This document shows, one piece after another, positions 32,320-49,970 of a stretch of 64,000 nt of DNA. The DNA is from Trichoplax adhaerens. Lineage: Eukaryota; Animalia; Placozoa. The DNA lies in NCBI RefSeq assembly GCF_000150275.1, contig NW_002060954.1, forward strand, positions 62,001 through 126,000, read 5' to 3'. The notes beneath the pieces are model-generated. The model worked only from the letters and a program-made list of their open reading frames with translations, had not been told where the DNA came from and did not search any database. The position numbers were made by a program, and so were the translations under genes. How positions within the stretch are numbered: the first letter of the stretch is position 1; every line of letters starts with the position of its first letter.

Positions 32320-32525
32320 GCTATCAGCACAATATATAGGATTATACGCCAATAGCTCCGCAACGTGTGGTAATAGAAACAATTTTAAGGTCATGATACT
32401 AAAAACAATAAATTGATGATGCTGTGACATATGCTAACCAATCTTGCTACGATATCGTCAATGTTAGAATCATGTTTTGCCGTATGTTTATACTGTACAG
32501 TAACTATGACTGTCTTGCCAGTGTT

Positions 32526-32605
32526 TCAATGTGCAATACAGTGCTAGTTCAAGATCAAGATTGAGGCTCAATGTGCAATACAGTGCTAGTTCAAGATCAC
32601 GATTG
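32526..32605 (+). repeat. 42-bp tandem duplication
   Basis: tcaatgtgcaatacagtgctagttcaagatca(a/c)gattg at 32526 and 32568. Confidence 0.9.
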
Positions 32606-33973
32606 TATGACGAAATCAGAAACTACGGCGTTGTTAAGTCAATGTGATAGATGACACAGTTTTTAATACAGCTGTTAATCCTCATTAAATGATAGAGTGA
32701 AGCGATAATACCTATTAAGTATTCCCTTAAAATTAATGATACCAAGGCGATACTCCAGTACATCATAAGCAATACAGTTAGACTAGATTAGCTCTTATTG
32801 CCATATAATTACAAGTTGCCATTTAGGTAAGATTAATTTTACTATGCAAATTTTTAATCTACAAGAAGCTACATTTATTTATACTGCGTTTGGTAAATTG
32901 TATGCCCATTTGTAAAGCATTATCTATGATCATTACTTAGCCAAGTATATCTTTATTGTTATATCTCCTACTCAAAGTCGATAATTCGGTCATCTCTCTT
33001 CTACTTTGTGAATACTCAAGAATCACACGACACATAGTTATCACTTTTATAGTCTCACTTTTGACACAATATATATATACTACCGTATTACTTTGTACAT
33101 GAAATGAATACAACAAAAACTTAATAAAAATATATTAGTTAGCCTGAGCATATAATTTTATTTCTGCCTGTTCAATAAGCGTTTAAATACTGTGCATCTT
33201 TATAGATGATAGCAAAACGAAAATAGTAAAGTGACTGTTTCTATGCTTCAGTTGGATGTAAAGATTTATAGTCATTAAACGATATTTCATCACAAACTGC
33301 AGAGATACGTTCCGAAATGTGAGTATTCAATAAATTAGCATATCAATTGGTGTTGCTTATTACGAAGATATTTTTGTTTAAGTTTTTGCCTCAGAGTCGT
33401 AATATTATGGGTATTTTTATGGTTTATAAAATACTGCAGACTTTTAAAGTTACGTCTCAAACTCATTAGAATTATACAATTATTAGTAGTAGCTTCGGTA
33501 TGTGTAGGAAGACAGTAAGGATAGTGTTAACGATAAGACGTTATCAGAAGGTATTATAACGCACATGATGCAGTATATGATGTAAGTAATAACAATGCTC
33601 TGTAACTGTAATTTCTATGCCAAAGCATGATGTTAAGTTATCGGATTCAGAACTGTAAAGGTACTGTATTACTGTGACTGTACAGTAGAACCTAGGACGG
33701 AATAAAGTAGAGTTTTCTGTTGGCATAATTTTGTGTTTGTAGAAGCTGTCCTCAACTGGATACATAACAGAAACTTTATTAATAAAGTAAATACGAATGC
33801 AGTTACCTAGCAAGTCGAGTGAGCTTGCAAAGTAATGCGCTAACTAGCGCTATGACAGTATACTACGCACACTTCTTTCTTAAATTGAAAATTTAAAGCG
33901 ATTAGGTAGTATGCAATCAACACTTTCAGTTCGACTTTATATTGATGATAAAAGAAAGTTTTAAGTTATTGAT

Positions 33974-36900
33974 ATGAGACAGGTTATATAATAAGGCAGT
34001 AGCATAATTCATACGATAAAATGATAAAATTACTCTTTACTGTTTAGACCTTTGAAAGTACATAAATCTAATTTACACAATTACCTAGATATATTTTTTT
34101 AAACCGCATAATATACAAATTGATACTCAGCTAGCAGTAAATATTTATACTATTATCTCAAGAAAGTATGGAAAATGACAAGATCTTACAGAACAGTACT
34201 ACGTAATTCTTATATTGTAGCGGAAACAATACTATAGTACTAAATTAGTGTTCACATAAGAATTATAGCTATATTATGATGTCTCGAAATTTGTTGATCA
34301 CCGGAAAACAGTTATTGTACGCTATTAGCCCATTTATGTGAACGTTATGATTACGCCAAGCGTTAAATAACAAATACAAAAATAAGTATACTGTACAAAC
34401 TGAGACCCAGTTCGCCATGCGATGTACAATACGGTATATTAGAATGACGACGTTCCAAACACAGTTATCATTTGCTGTTATGATATGTATAATAAATTAG
34501 AGTTAAATCTTACTGTGATTAATTAATTAATTAATTATTATCTAAATAAAACGCTGGAACCAACCCTATACCAGCTAGTATACAATAGGTCGTAAGAGTT
34601 TGATAGTGAGGAGCATTTTCTCATTATTAATTGATCTGTAAGCTTCACGAAGCCTTCAGAAAGCAAACAGCCTATAAAAGATTCGTTCCGAAACTATATA
34701 CACTACGTGATATGATAAAAGGCTGTTGGGCTGTAGGATTTGTTATGATGCCTTGATTTGTGCTTTCTCTAGATTAACGAGGGCGCCATTGATGGTATGA
34801 AGAATCCCAACGAAATCCATGATATGCATGCCCGATTCGAAGATATTTACTCAACTATAAGTCCTATTCTGATAACAAAAGCAGTGGATATCCCTAAGTT
34901 TACATCGTTTCTTATTTGCAAAGTAAATATTTTATTGCGCTGTAGTAAAAGCATAAAAATGATTAGTTGATATGTGAAATTCTAGATATGCCCTTACATT
35001 TGAACTATCTATGTCACTGTATAATACTTAGGAGCTGCATGTTTACATTTTAACTTAAGATGGAAGCAGCCTTATATCTTTTATGTTTTTTTCAAAGGTG
35101 TATTGATGAATTTTTTAACTTCGTAAATGTATTTTAAATTTCAAAAATTTGTAATAGATAAATTTATTCAACATCGAAATTCATGAAAATCGTTTTCAGC
35201 AATCAGCTTCCGTTAGAATCTGCTTGGAAAAATTTCTCGATCAGTGTTTGCTTATTTACCGAAGAAAGTACAGAGTAAATATATAAAGTCATTTAGTTTT
35301 TATTCAGTCAAAATAAACTATGCCAGCTACGTATGATACTATGTTACAATGACCTGTTATAAAATATACTATGGAATGTAGTTGTACATACAGTATACAT
35401 ATTCAGGTCCAGGTTCAAACCCGATATATGTAAGCGTTTAACTTCTACAGTATAAGCGCGCAAATATATCGTATACTTAGATAATTATGTTGATCGCTTC
35501 TACTGTTTCTGTAGTACAGTAAATCTTTATATAACTGTAGATGTCATCTTTCTAGAATTACTAAAATTTTTCTGAAATTATAACTTACAAGGAGAATCAC
35601 TCCGTTGTGTTAAGATACGAAGATCTTGTCAACATTTATAGTTTCATAATAATGAACGAAGTTAGGATCTGTTTACCAACAAAGTTGACTGTCAATGAAA
35701 GAATCTCTGTTTTTAAAGTCACACTTGACGAATATTTACGTGATAGGTAGGAAATTTAATCTGCCCTTGTAAAGATATAAATGTTTTCTATTGCTATTTA
35801 AGATCTTATACCATATGTATTGCACTACATAGGGATTACTGCATGCAAAGGAAATTCGAAAAGGTGAGCAATACGGGAATTATGAGGACCAAGTAATTTT
35901 AGTTTAGAGTATAAAGAAACTCAAATATTGGTTCTAATAGTAGCATTTGCAGCTCAAGAGATTCAAAAACATCGGCAGAGGGATGGTAAGTTTTTATACG
36001 CTGTTCAAATTATGCTTAAATGTTAATGTACATTAGCGGATCAGTAGTTGACTTTGCGCTTTTCTAGTATAGCCTTAACCATATAGTGTTTGGTATATAG
36101 TAACTATATGGGTAGTATTTAATTAAGTACAAATTTCTGACTTTGACTCTGGTCCGAAAAATTTTATTGAACTCTGCAGCCGAGATTTACTGTGCAATAC
36201 CGTACTGTGTTAGATTAACGTAATTTTAAGCTGAATCGCCCAATATCCATAAGTCATAAGTCAATAAAAGTTATACACGTAATGTAGAAATCGATGAGCG
36301 CGAATTAGGGTTTACACAGTAATAAAAGTAAGTTCTTTCATAATCGCTAATTATATACACTGTATTCATATTTTAAGCTTATTTTAGTGATTCTATACCT
36401 ATCAGCCAATAAACATAAGACATGCAATATGAAAATTGCAATCGATAAGCACACTGAAATACGCATAGTAGAAATAAAGAATCATTTAGGATTTATGAAT
36501 AGAGCACTACTTAGGGTTATTCAGGAGAATTTTATAACAATGGACTCTGATCCAACTCAGAAAGGTCGAGCTATCACTGATTAATTATTAAAAAACTGCT
36601 AACTACACCTATGCATCGTGCTATCTGTTATACTATATATATGAACTTGCAATCTACATTACTTCCTTATGTACGCAGTCTATTTAACACCAACGAAAAG
36701 ATCTACGATTGATTACTGTGGTTAATACTAGTGTTACTTACAATTTTGTGAGCAAGCATAGTTGTTAACAGTATGTTATAATCCCAGGGTATTACGCTGT
36801 TATCGTAAAGGAACGTACAGTACTGTACAGTACAGTACAATAAATTCTTTGCTTAGTGTATCCGAGCATGGACATTATAATGCTCTTCTTAGAATAGTTC

Positions 36901-39712
36901 TATACTATGGATTAGTATATAAAGAACTTGCTAAGCAAGAAATAAAGGATTAAGTAAGTAACTATCGTGCGGACTCTTGGATTGTTGTTGTGAAATATAA
37001 CAACCAGCATTTACGTCTAGTTCGTGCCGTAAGTCTGGACTAAGTCCGGACTTTGCACACCGCTAAACTCAGGGCGTATCGTACTGTACAATAATTAAGC
37101 TTTACAGATTCATATATTGCTTTAATTAATTAATTATTCAGTCTTATCCATTTCTACATTTTAAAAAATGGAAATGTAAACGGTTACCTTAGGGCTGTGT
37201 TGTTATGAATTCATGTACAGTAAACGGCCAGAGTCTCCAGTACTCATCACAGAAAAAATTATCGTAGAACTTGGTAATTAACATTTAATATTTGATACAT
37301 ATATAAACAAACATTTTAGGACAATTTACAAAATTACAGTAACACCACAATACATTAAACTGTAGTATATCTATAATATTAAGGCTATTCATAACAGTAC
37401 TTAGTACGCAGGTAATTGTTAGAGATTTAGAAACTTTATTTTATAAATTACAAATCACGATTGGATTGCAGATCTCGCAGCAATAATCAGAAAATTTACG
37501 TTAACCACATTAGAAATTTGCATAAATTACGATATAAAGATTTAATATTACCAATAAATCACTACGATAAAACGAAATACAGTACAGTAATCTTAATCTT
37601 AATTATTTAAACAGTATATATGTATACATACAGTACACTATATATATATTGTAACTGTTCCCGCGATTATGATGTGCAGTTCATCCATAATTCATCATAG
37701 ATTTGCTTGTTGTGGTTAGCTTTTACTATAAGTGCATCGACGGTAACGCGAATTTTCGATAAGCCATCTGATGTATTAACTTTTTGTAACGTTCCAGCGT
37801 ACATTATTTCAGCAAATGTTAACTTAATTCACGTACGCTTGAGAGAGAGATCAAAGCCATTGTTGCACATCTTTCCGCTCGTCCTAAATCAAGTACAGCT
37901 CGATCAAGAGTCTTGCATTGAGATTTCAAGCAAGAACTAATCGGTTATGAGCCAATCATATGTGTATTTAAGCATGACACAAACACGTGACGCTAGCCAA
38001 TCATATGTGCGGAAAAATGTGATGGAGAGTCCATTTCTAAACCGGCTTAACAACTCCCTTCGGTCGAATAAATAAAATAGTAATAATTAATTATTATTAA
38101 TTTGTATCTAATTCTTTATATTGCAATAGCTAAATTACTGTAGATTATTTTAATTTTATAACAAGCCGTTTCCTTTGTTACATTTTGCGGATCAATGTTG
38201 ATCCCATTTTGTTATCAATATTCCTTAATCAGCCAACGCTATATGTATAGTGTATGTGTATATTTGTTATTACTATAAGGATTGATCTTATAACTCATGA
38301 CAGCATCTTAATACAGATCTCAGTTTCCTCTGTTGTAAATATCAATGCAAGATCCATTTAACGCATACTGATTACAAAGAGGTAGAATCACTTTAATTTA
38401 TGGAAGCTCAAGAGCGAAACTTGGTTATAGAATCGCACTTTCCCTAATGACAAAGCCCTAAAGTCGATTTTGTAATCCCAATAAATTTTATTTTACAAGT
38501 ACATTATACCTCTCTTTATTCTTCTAGCACTATTCATCAGCAAGGCTATTTGGAATTTCATTAGAACTATTAACCGATGATCTTCAACCTATGCCCGTTA
38601 CGGTCGAACGGTGTATTAAAGATGTCGAACTTCGAGGTAAACTTAGATACATTACGGTACATCGCATTACACTGTGTTTGCAGGGAAGGATAGCTCAATC
38701 GAACGCTGCATTGCTCCTGGTCTTTTAGTCCCAGTACGAGGCTCTACTAAATACTTATTTATTCGCAGGTCTGGAGGTACCCGGTATTTATAGGAAGTCT
38801 CCTAATATGGAAAGCATTACTGCTTTATGTAATGCACTTGAGCAAGGTATACGTATTCGTTTACGTAATTAACATAGTAGGTTAAATCCTCAATAATATA
38901 ATAAGACTGATGCTAAGTTGTATGGTTGCAGATTTGTACTGTAATTTGATTGGATATCCAGTGATAACAATTGCGGCGCTTGTTAAACAGTTTTTTCGAC
39001 AATTGCCGGAACCACTGTTGACATTTTCCTTATATCCTAAGCTCATAGAAGCTGCAAGTAGACACCACTTGAGATATATGAAACTTGACTATATGATTCT
39101 GTAACTAGCAAAACTTCGTGCTAAAAATTAATGCCTATTTTATGCACTGATTCATTTTAGAGATAGACTGCGCTAATAAGCGTACCATGACACTTAATTC
39201 ATTAATTGAATCACTGCCGAAGGCCAACTTATGCATACTTGATAGAATGATTGTCCATCTAGCTCGGTAAGTGATATTAGAATGTATCAGAGAACATGAA
39301 ATCACATGCAAGACCTGATCTTCTAAAATGCATTTACAGTATGAACGTGTTTCTTACTGTAATTAGGATTGCCATCTGCGAAAAAAATTTCATGACTACT
39401 TCTAGTTTAGCTATAATATTTGCTCCAAATTTACTACGATCGAAAAATAGTGACAAAGAAGATGAATTCCGAGATATTTCGAAGAAAACAATGTTAGCTC
39501 CGATTTGCATAGTTGATAATGTACTAGTAATAACTTATAATTAATTGAAGTATTTTCATGTATTCTTCTTAAATTATATTCTTATTTGTGTAGAAAAAAT
39601 TTCTAGAAATAATTAAATTAAACGTAATCTATTACTTAAATTTTGTCACAGTATTCTTGAAACACTTCTATCAGATTGTGAAGTAAAGCTGAAAACGGAA
39701 TATGGTTGTTAA
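33974..39712 (+). CDS. RhoGAP resembling the myosin IX tail, with no motor domain; 5' end and exons in 35830-36570 uncertain
   Basis: RhoGAP exons 38528-39712: SSARLFGISLELLT..PVTVERCIKDVELRG-LEVPGIYRKS (Arg finger)-ALVKQFFRQLPEPLLTF-ILDRMIVHLAR-NFMTTSSLAIIFAPNLLR. Upstream exons 34773-34922, 35158-35274 and 35593-35746 encode FLICKIN...LRYEDL...FKVTLDEYL. Start may be ATG 33974 (MRQ|INEG) or 34797. Confidence 0.8.
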
Positions 39713-40334
39713 ATTTATACAGTTAATGCAAGCTATAATAAATGACGATATTTAAATATAACCTTTATTGTTTTAGATAGCCGATTGTATTAATTGACTT
39801 TCGATTTATTATCCACTTCACTCAGAATTATTTGTTTCGTATATCGCGGAAAAGTTAAGGATTTTACAGTCTAGGTCTGTGAGCATTTAAAAGAAACCTG
39901 CTAATAATAATACTCAATAATTATATAATTTATTTATTCCGCTTTACCGTTAGCCTGTTAATAAAATAAAAATTTAACCTTCATCAGATACACACACGTA
40001 AATACGAAATTGGAATATTACCAGATCTTTGTGAAATATAGCCATTTTACATTTCAGTGCACATCCGCTTTGTCTATTATATTAAAATAAAATAAATCAA
40101 TCAAAGACGTAAGCCAAACGGAATGTGTCATTCCTATAAGTTATAACAGAAGATAAGCTACGGTATTGCAATACGGACGATCATAAACAACTATCATCTA
40201 GATAGGGATTGCAAACCTGTCCGAATTTTATTACCCAGCTAATTTAGAGAACGGTCGTATCAGGGACTTTTCGAACAAGCCTTTTTTTAATTTTTTGCTC
40301 GAGAAGTCCCTGATTGCGTACAATATAGCAGTAT

Positions 40335-45019
<4,685 letters not shown>

Positions 45020-46396
45020 TCTTCCGTTTTGAATACTTTAGCTCTGCTCTTTTTGCAGTAACTTCCATAAGGAAGCCATGATTAAATATTGATTCGGTTT
45101 GAATTTTCAGTATTGGCTTTCTTCTATAAGCATGTTTAATAAAGGTTGTGATTATTTGTAGCTTTCAGTGTACAAAACTTACTGAGGGTATTGTAAATCT
45201 TGATCAGTAATTTACATTTCTTGCTTGCTAGTTGTTATTGTATTTACCAACTAATAAAATTCTTAATGTAATATCGTCTCGATATTATATCATATTAATA
45301 GCACGCTCGTATACTTACTGTTACACAAATATTGAATATCCTTTTATTACTTTACTCCGTATTAAGCTTGTGAAACAACGCACACTCTGCCAGAAGTTAT
45401 TTCGATTTAGTATAAGAACTTTCTTCCAAGGTCTAATTGGGTTTTCAAAGCAATATATGAATACATCTGAATCGGATATTCACCGATATGTGTCGGAATT
45501 AACCTTTAGGTAGTGAGTTTACTAAATACTTAATATACGAAGGCTGACAGTCTTTATATACGTATGTTAGTAAACAACTCGGTTTAAAGAACAGACATAG
45601 ATTGTATTGCTCTCTTCAATAGAGCAGAGTAACAGGATTAAAATGTTATGTGAAGACATACTGCGATGTTTCGCATATACAATATAACATACCAATTTAG
45701 ATAAGATACTACACAATTCGCAACTACACTCACCCTAACATGGTCGATCATATCGTTTGACTATATTACTAGGCTATGTGTTCAAGGAATGTACCTGACA
45801 AATGTATTCACTAATAAACAAATAGCCTGAATAAACTTAAGCTCTTGTAGCTAACCGAGAAGTAGTCAATCTATTAAGTACTTACTAATTATAAGAAATA
45901 TTAGTTTATGAGACATCGTCATGAATTATCAAGGCGCTTAAATTCAGTAGATACAATATCCTTAGATTTTTAGTTTAAATGCCGGTATAACTGCTGGCGG
46001 CATCTTAAGTATTTTCACTGCATAATCTATATAGGCATAAATTTTCAAAACGCGTGGCATCAGGAATATCACAACTAATACAAGTTAACATTGAAATTCC
46101 TTTCTATTCAAATATTCTGTGTTTGTCCAGTTTAGTAATTCACTTATAACAAATACAAATTTACGGCGATTCAGAAGACTCTGTAATAACACCGTAGCAT
46201 ACGCAGTATATCGCATTTCAACTAGCAATACGTGTACAATAGCTATAGTTAAGATGAAATTTCAATAGAATTTTTCTAATTTTCTATCTTGCACCGCGTC
46301 TTTAATAAAACAACAGTGATCGGCTGTCAGTAGCGCACGTGCATATAATTAATAGGTGTGATCCAATAATTTGGATCCTAGTACTGTAGTACGCTT

Positions 46397-49300
46397 TTAT
46401 ACAGAAGCAGCACCACCACTTCGAGCGCTAGATTGTGCCATCGCCATCTTTTTATCATTTCTATTTTGATAATCGTTGTTGCGATTTAGAAAACTAGGCC
46501 TTCTTCCCCGAAGGAAACTTGGTCTTCGACCTCGAATAAAACTCATCGTCCTTCGTCTGAAATCCCTAATGAAAGCCAGCAAGGGTAACATTTATTTAAT
46601 TGATGCTCCTCTTAATTGCCGCTCCTTAATCAGCTAATATCTAACATGTTTTGAGTAAGCTACGACACTATCATCGAACAGTGTTACAGACAGAAGGTAT
46701 AGCAAAAATCTGTAACGGCTCTGAAAGGGGATTATGTAATCTTTCAGCTTTAAGTACAGTAAATACGCTAGAAACATTTGTATTAGCGACGATAATTATG
46801 ACGTTCGGTATGAATGTATATTCTGTAGCAAATTTGTAAGCGAACCATTAGAAATAACGTATGTTAGATCAAGAACATTAACTCCGGCTATAACAGTAAG
46901 ATAATAACCTCTACCATCAAAGCCTTTTATCACTAAGTTATGCAAGGTAAAAATAAAAGGAAACTAACTCTGAACAGCAAATTCCCATGCGCATGCCGCA
47001 GACCACAGCTCCACTGAATCCAGATAAGAAAACCAAGGCTGTAGAGATCAAACAAGCTAGCAACATGTATAAAGCCATATTTGGCGTAAACGGTAAATTT
47101 AATGTCTGCAATGAGGAATACTGGATAAGAGCAAGAGCTACGTTCACCAAACTTGTAACAACCGTATATGTCGACATGATTACGAAGGTGCTGAGCTGGT
47201 GTTGTTAATGAAAATGATTGTCAGTTAGTATTTCATGAACCCAGCTACATATTGGCTATAAATACTTTGATATTATACTCACTGTTGCTTCAGATTTTTT
47301 ACTCGCAACATCGATACCACAGAGACCTGAAGAAAAAGCCTATACATAATAACGATTCATGAAATAAAAACGGATTTATAATAAGTTCGTGCATATTGAA
47401 ATATGTAGTAATGATAGGAGTACTTACCATAACTGCAACGTAATACGTAAACTGTGTAAAATAAGATCCACGCAATAATATCATAGAGGCAATGCCAGCG
47501 GCCAAACAAAGAAGACCAGAAGCTATTTGACACACTCCGACTTTGTAATGTGCACTTCCGTAAAAGCTGTTACTGTTGCCTGGAGAGCAGAGATTAATCC
47601 CAACATACTTTTGGACAACTATTGCAGCTAACGTAGAAGACATCATTGCAACTAAGCTGGACACTCCAATACCACCAAATATAATTGAAAGCTTTATAGT
47701 CTCTGTTGGCTTTTCGTTAAAATAGCCTATAAAGCCATACGTACAAATACAAAGCGAAACAGGTGCAAGTGCTCTTGACATTAGACATAGTACTCGGAAC
47801 CATATTGCCTGGAAAATAATTTGATTAGATAAATCATACCTGACTTCGTAATAGGAAGGTTAACTAAATGATCCTTACTAGATATACTGTTTTTTTATAT
47901 CTCGATGTAATCCCAAGTGTAGCAGATGTCAGTAACTAAAAAAATACATATTATGTTAATAAGATAATAATAAAATTATCGCTCAAATCTGTCTATCAGA
48001 GGCATTCATTGCTTCAAAATTTTATTAATACCGATACAGCTAGATATAATGGAATTGTTGAAAAAAGCCAGAAAGAATCAAACAAAGAATAAATTCCCAG
48101 GGCAATCAAGATCATGCCGGCAATGAGTTGCGATAGCGATAACTGAAATATGGTAAGACCACAAATGCTTTGATTAAATAAGCTTATATCATCGTCTTCG
48201 CATTCTTGTTCATCGTAACTTCTAAGTTGTAACTCGGAGTTCCGAAGAGTTCCCATTCGTCCTAATTTATTGCCTGATGAAATCGCAACCCATACAATAT
48301 TAGCTAGCGATACTCCTGTCACTGCCATATTTGCTCCAAATATCCCACGTTCGTAAATGCTGTAAATCTTTAAATTATAGATAATAAACATATAGGTACT
48401 TCGAATGGCGTTCACTAAACAAGCAGCAATCACTAGCAAGGCCAGTGCAAACCTTCCTGTATGCTGGAAAAACATAAAATATTATGAGAATTACGGTTCT
48501 AAACTTTATGTTCTTAAAATGTTTAGTAGTTGAGCTGCGATCTATTTATAACGCATTATCATATTATCTATTATTACTTAGTAGCTATACTTTACCAATG
48601 ACTCGTTGTTTCTTTGGCTTAAATAAATCGATGTGAGGCCAGAGGCAAACATCTAAGTATAAAACAAGAAATAACTAACCTTAGGATTAAAGTCCTCAAC
48701 CGAATACTAGTTTTATCGTTTTATACTGTAGTCATTTGAGATTCGTTATTTACTGGATTGACAATTTATTAGCGACAATATTAGTATTATGTTTTAAGTG
48801 ATTATAGAAAATCTATTTAGGCAAACAAGTAAATTTAAAGCTTATTCCTTAGAAATTTTTATTTCTTAACATAAGTTATTCTTTAATTAGTACCATTGAT
48901 GGAACATTTTTACTTCAGTATAACAATCGAATTTCAATTTCGTCAAAGTTACAACCCCTAGATTAAAATGGCGGCTAATAATTTATTCGAAATTTTGGTC
49001 CGTTATTATTATTTTTCTTATGGTTACATCTTACGGTCATAAAATTGTTTACTGATAAGCATTTACCAAGCCCTAATAACTTTTGCTTGCGTAAACTTAT
49101 AATACCAGATAGCATCAAGTAACTTCCATTAAAATGTAAGTACTACTAATCTGTATTTAAAACGATCTAAAACTTGTACAAATATAGATAATTATAACCG
49201 GATATGCAAAACTATAAAATTTAAATTTTAATTGAGATCCTTTCTGTACTGGCGGTGATCTTACATTCACTGGACTAATAAAAGCTACTATGTGCAGTAA

Positions 49301-49970
49301 TATGTTTTTATACGACCAAATCTATTATTATAATTATCAGTCGAATGTACATGGTGACGGTAGCATTCTTGGAATAAATAAAAATATGAATATCTACTTT
49401 AAAAGTTAGAGTTTGCGTAAAACTGCACATACAATTGTGCAGAAAATATCAAATCAAGTGCACTCTACATAAGGGATCGATTGCTACAGATAGCGCGGTT
49501 TACAACAGTGGTCAAACGTATAATATCGCATTTAATGTAATTTCATTTTCAACCCAAAGACAGTTTTAAAGAAAGACTTTGGCATTTCTCATTAACGTAT
49601 GTTTACGCTTAAGCTTTGTAGCATGAGTTTTAAATTCGTCTGAAATTGATGATACTGTACAATATTATTGTACCCGGATATACAGGTCCTGTACATGTAA
49701 TCGTAAACTGTAGAAGCAATATTTGTGATTGATAATTTTAATACGATTATGAATATACGCCTGTACCAAAGGTAAGTTTCTCGTTAGGTAACTTTTTTTC
49801 TAATTGTGCGTATTTACCGAAATCCCTAGCATTCCTGGATCGAGTAATAGGGTCAGAGCCTGTAAGGAATCGAATCCTAGATTCCCTCTAAAATACCACG
49901 ATAAAACCGCGACAGCGAGACTGCATGCAGCTAGGCATAACTGAATAACGGCAACTGTTATGTACGCCAT
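46397..49970 (-). CDS. Triple MS4A/CD20-like tetraspan-repeat membrane protein A (~510 aa, ~12 TM); exons 49818-49970, 48596-48652, 48032-48463, 47879-47935, 47428-47808, 47283-47339, 46969-47195, 46397-46565
   Basis: All junctions are GT-AG and in frame. There are three 57-nt phase-0 micro-exons (MFASGLTSIYLSQRNNESL, LLTSATLGITSRYKKTVYL, AFSSGLCGIDVASKKSEAT). TM1-type motifs VAVIQLCLA, LSLSQLIAGMILIALG and VGVCQIASGLLCLAAG resemble CD20 LGAVQIMNGLFHIALG. The cytosolic tail is basic. Confidence 0.85.

Noticed and set aside
32119-32430. Single-exon secreted peptide / neuropeptide precursor
   Set aside because: A strong GTAAGC donor at 32153 splices in frame to a TM and sorting-motif tail, and there are no repeated dibasic-flanked peptides.
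46397-46405. Class I PDZ ligand at the end of protein A (-ASV)
   Set aside because: The -2 residue is Ala, not Ser/Thr.
46397-46591. Independent 64-aa ORF or neuropeptide precursor with GRR repeats
   Set aside because: No signal peptide; it splices in phase as the last exon of the triple-MS4A protein A.
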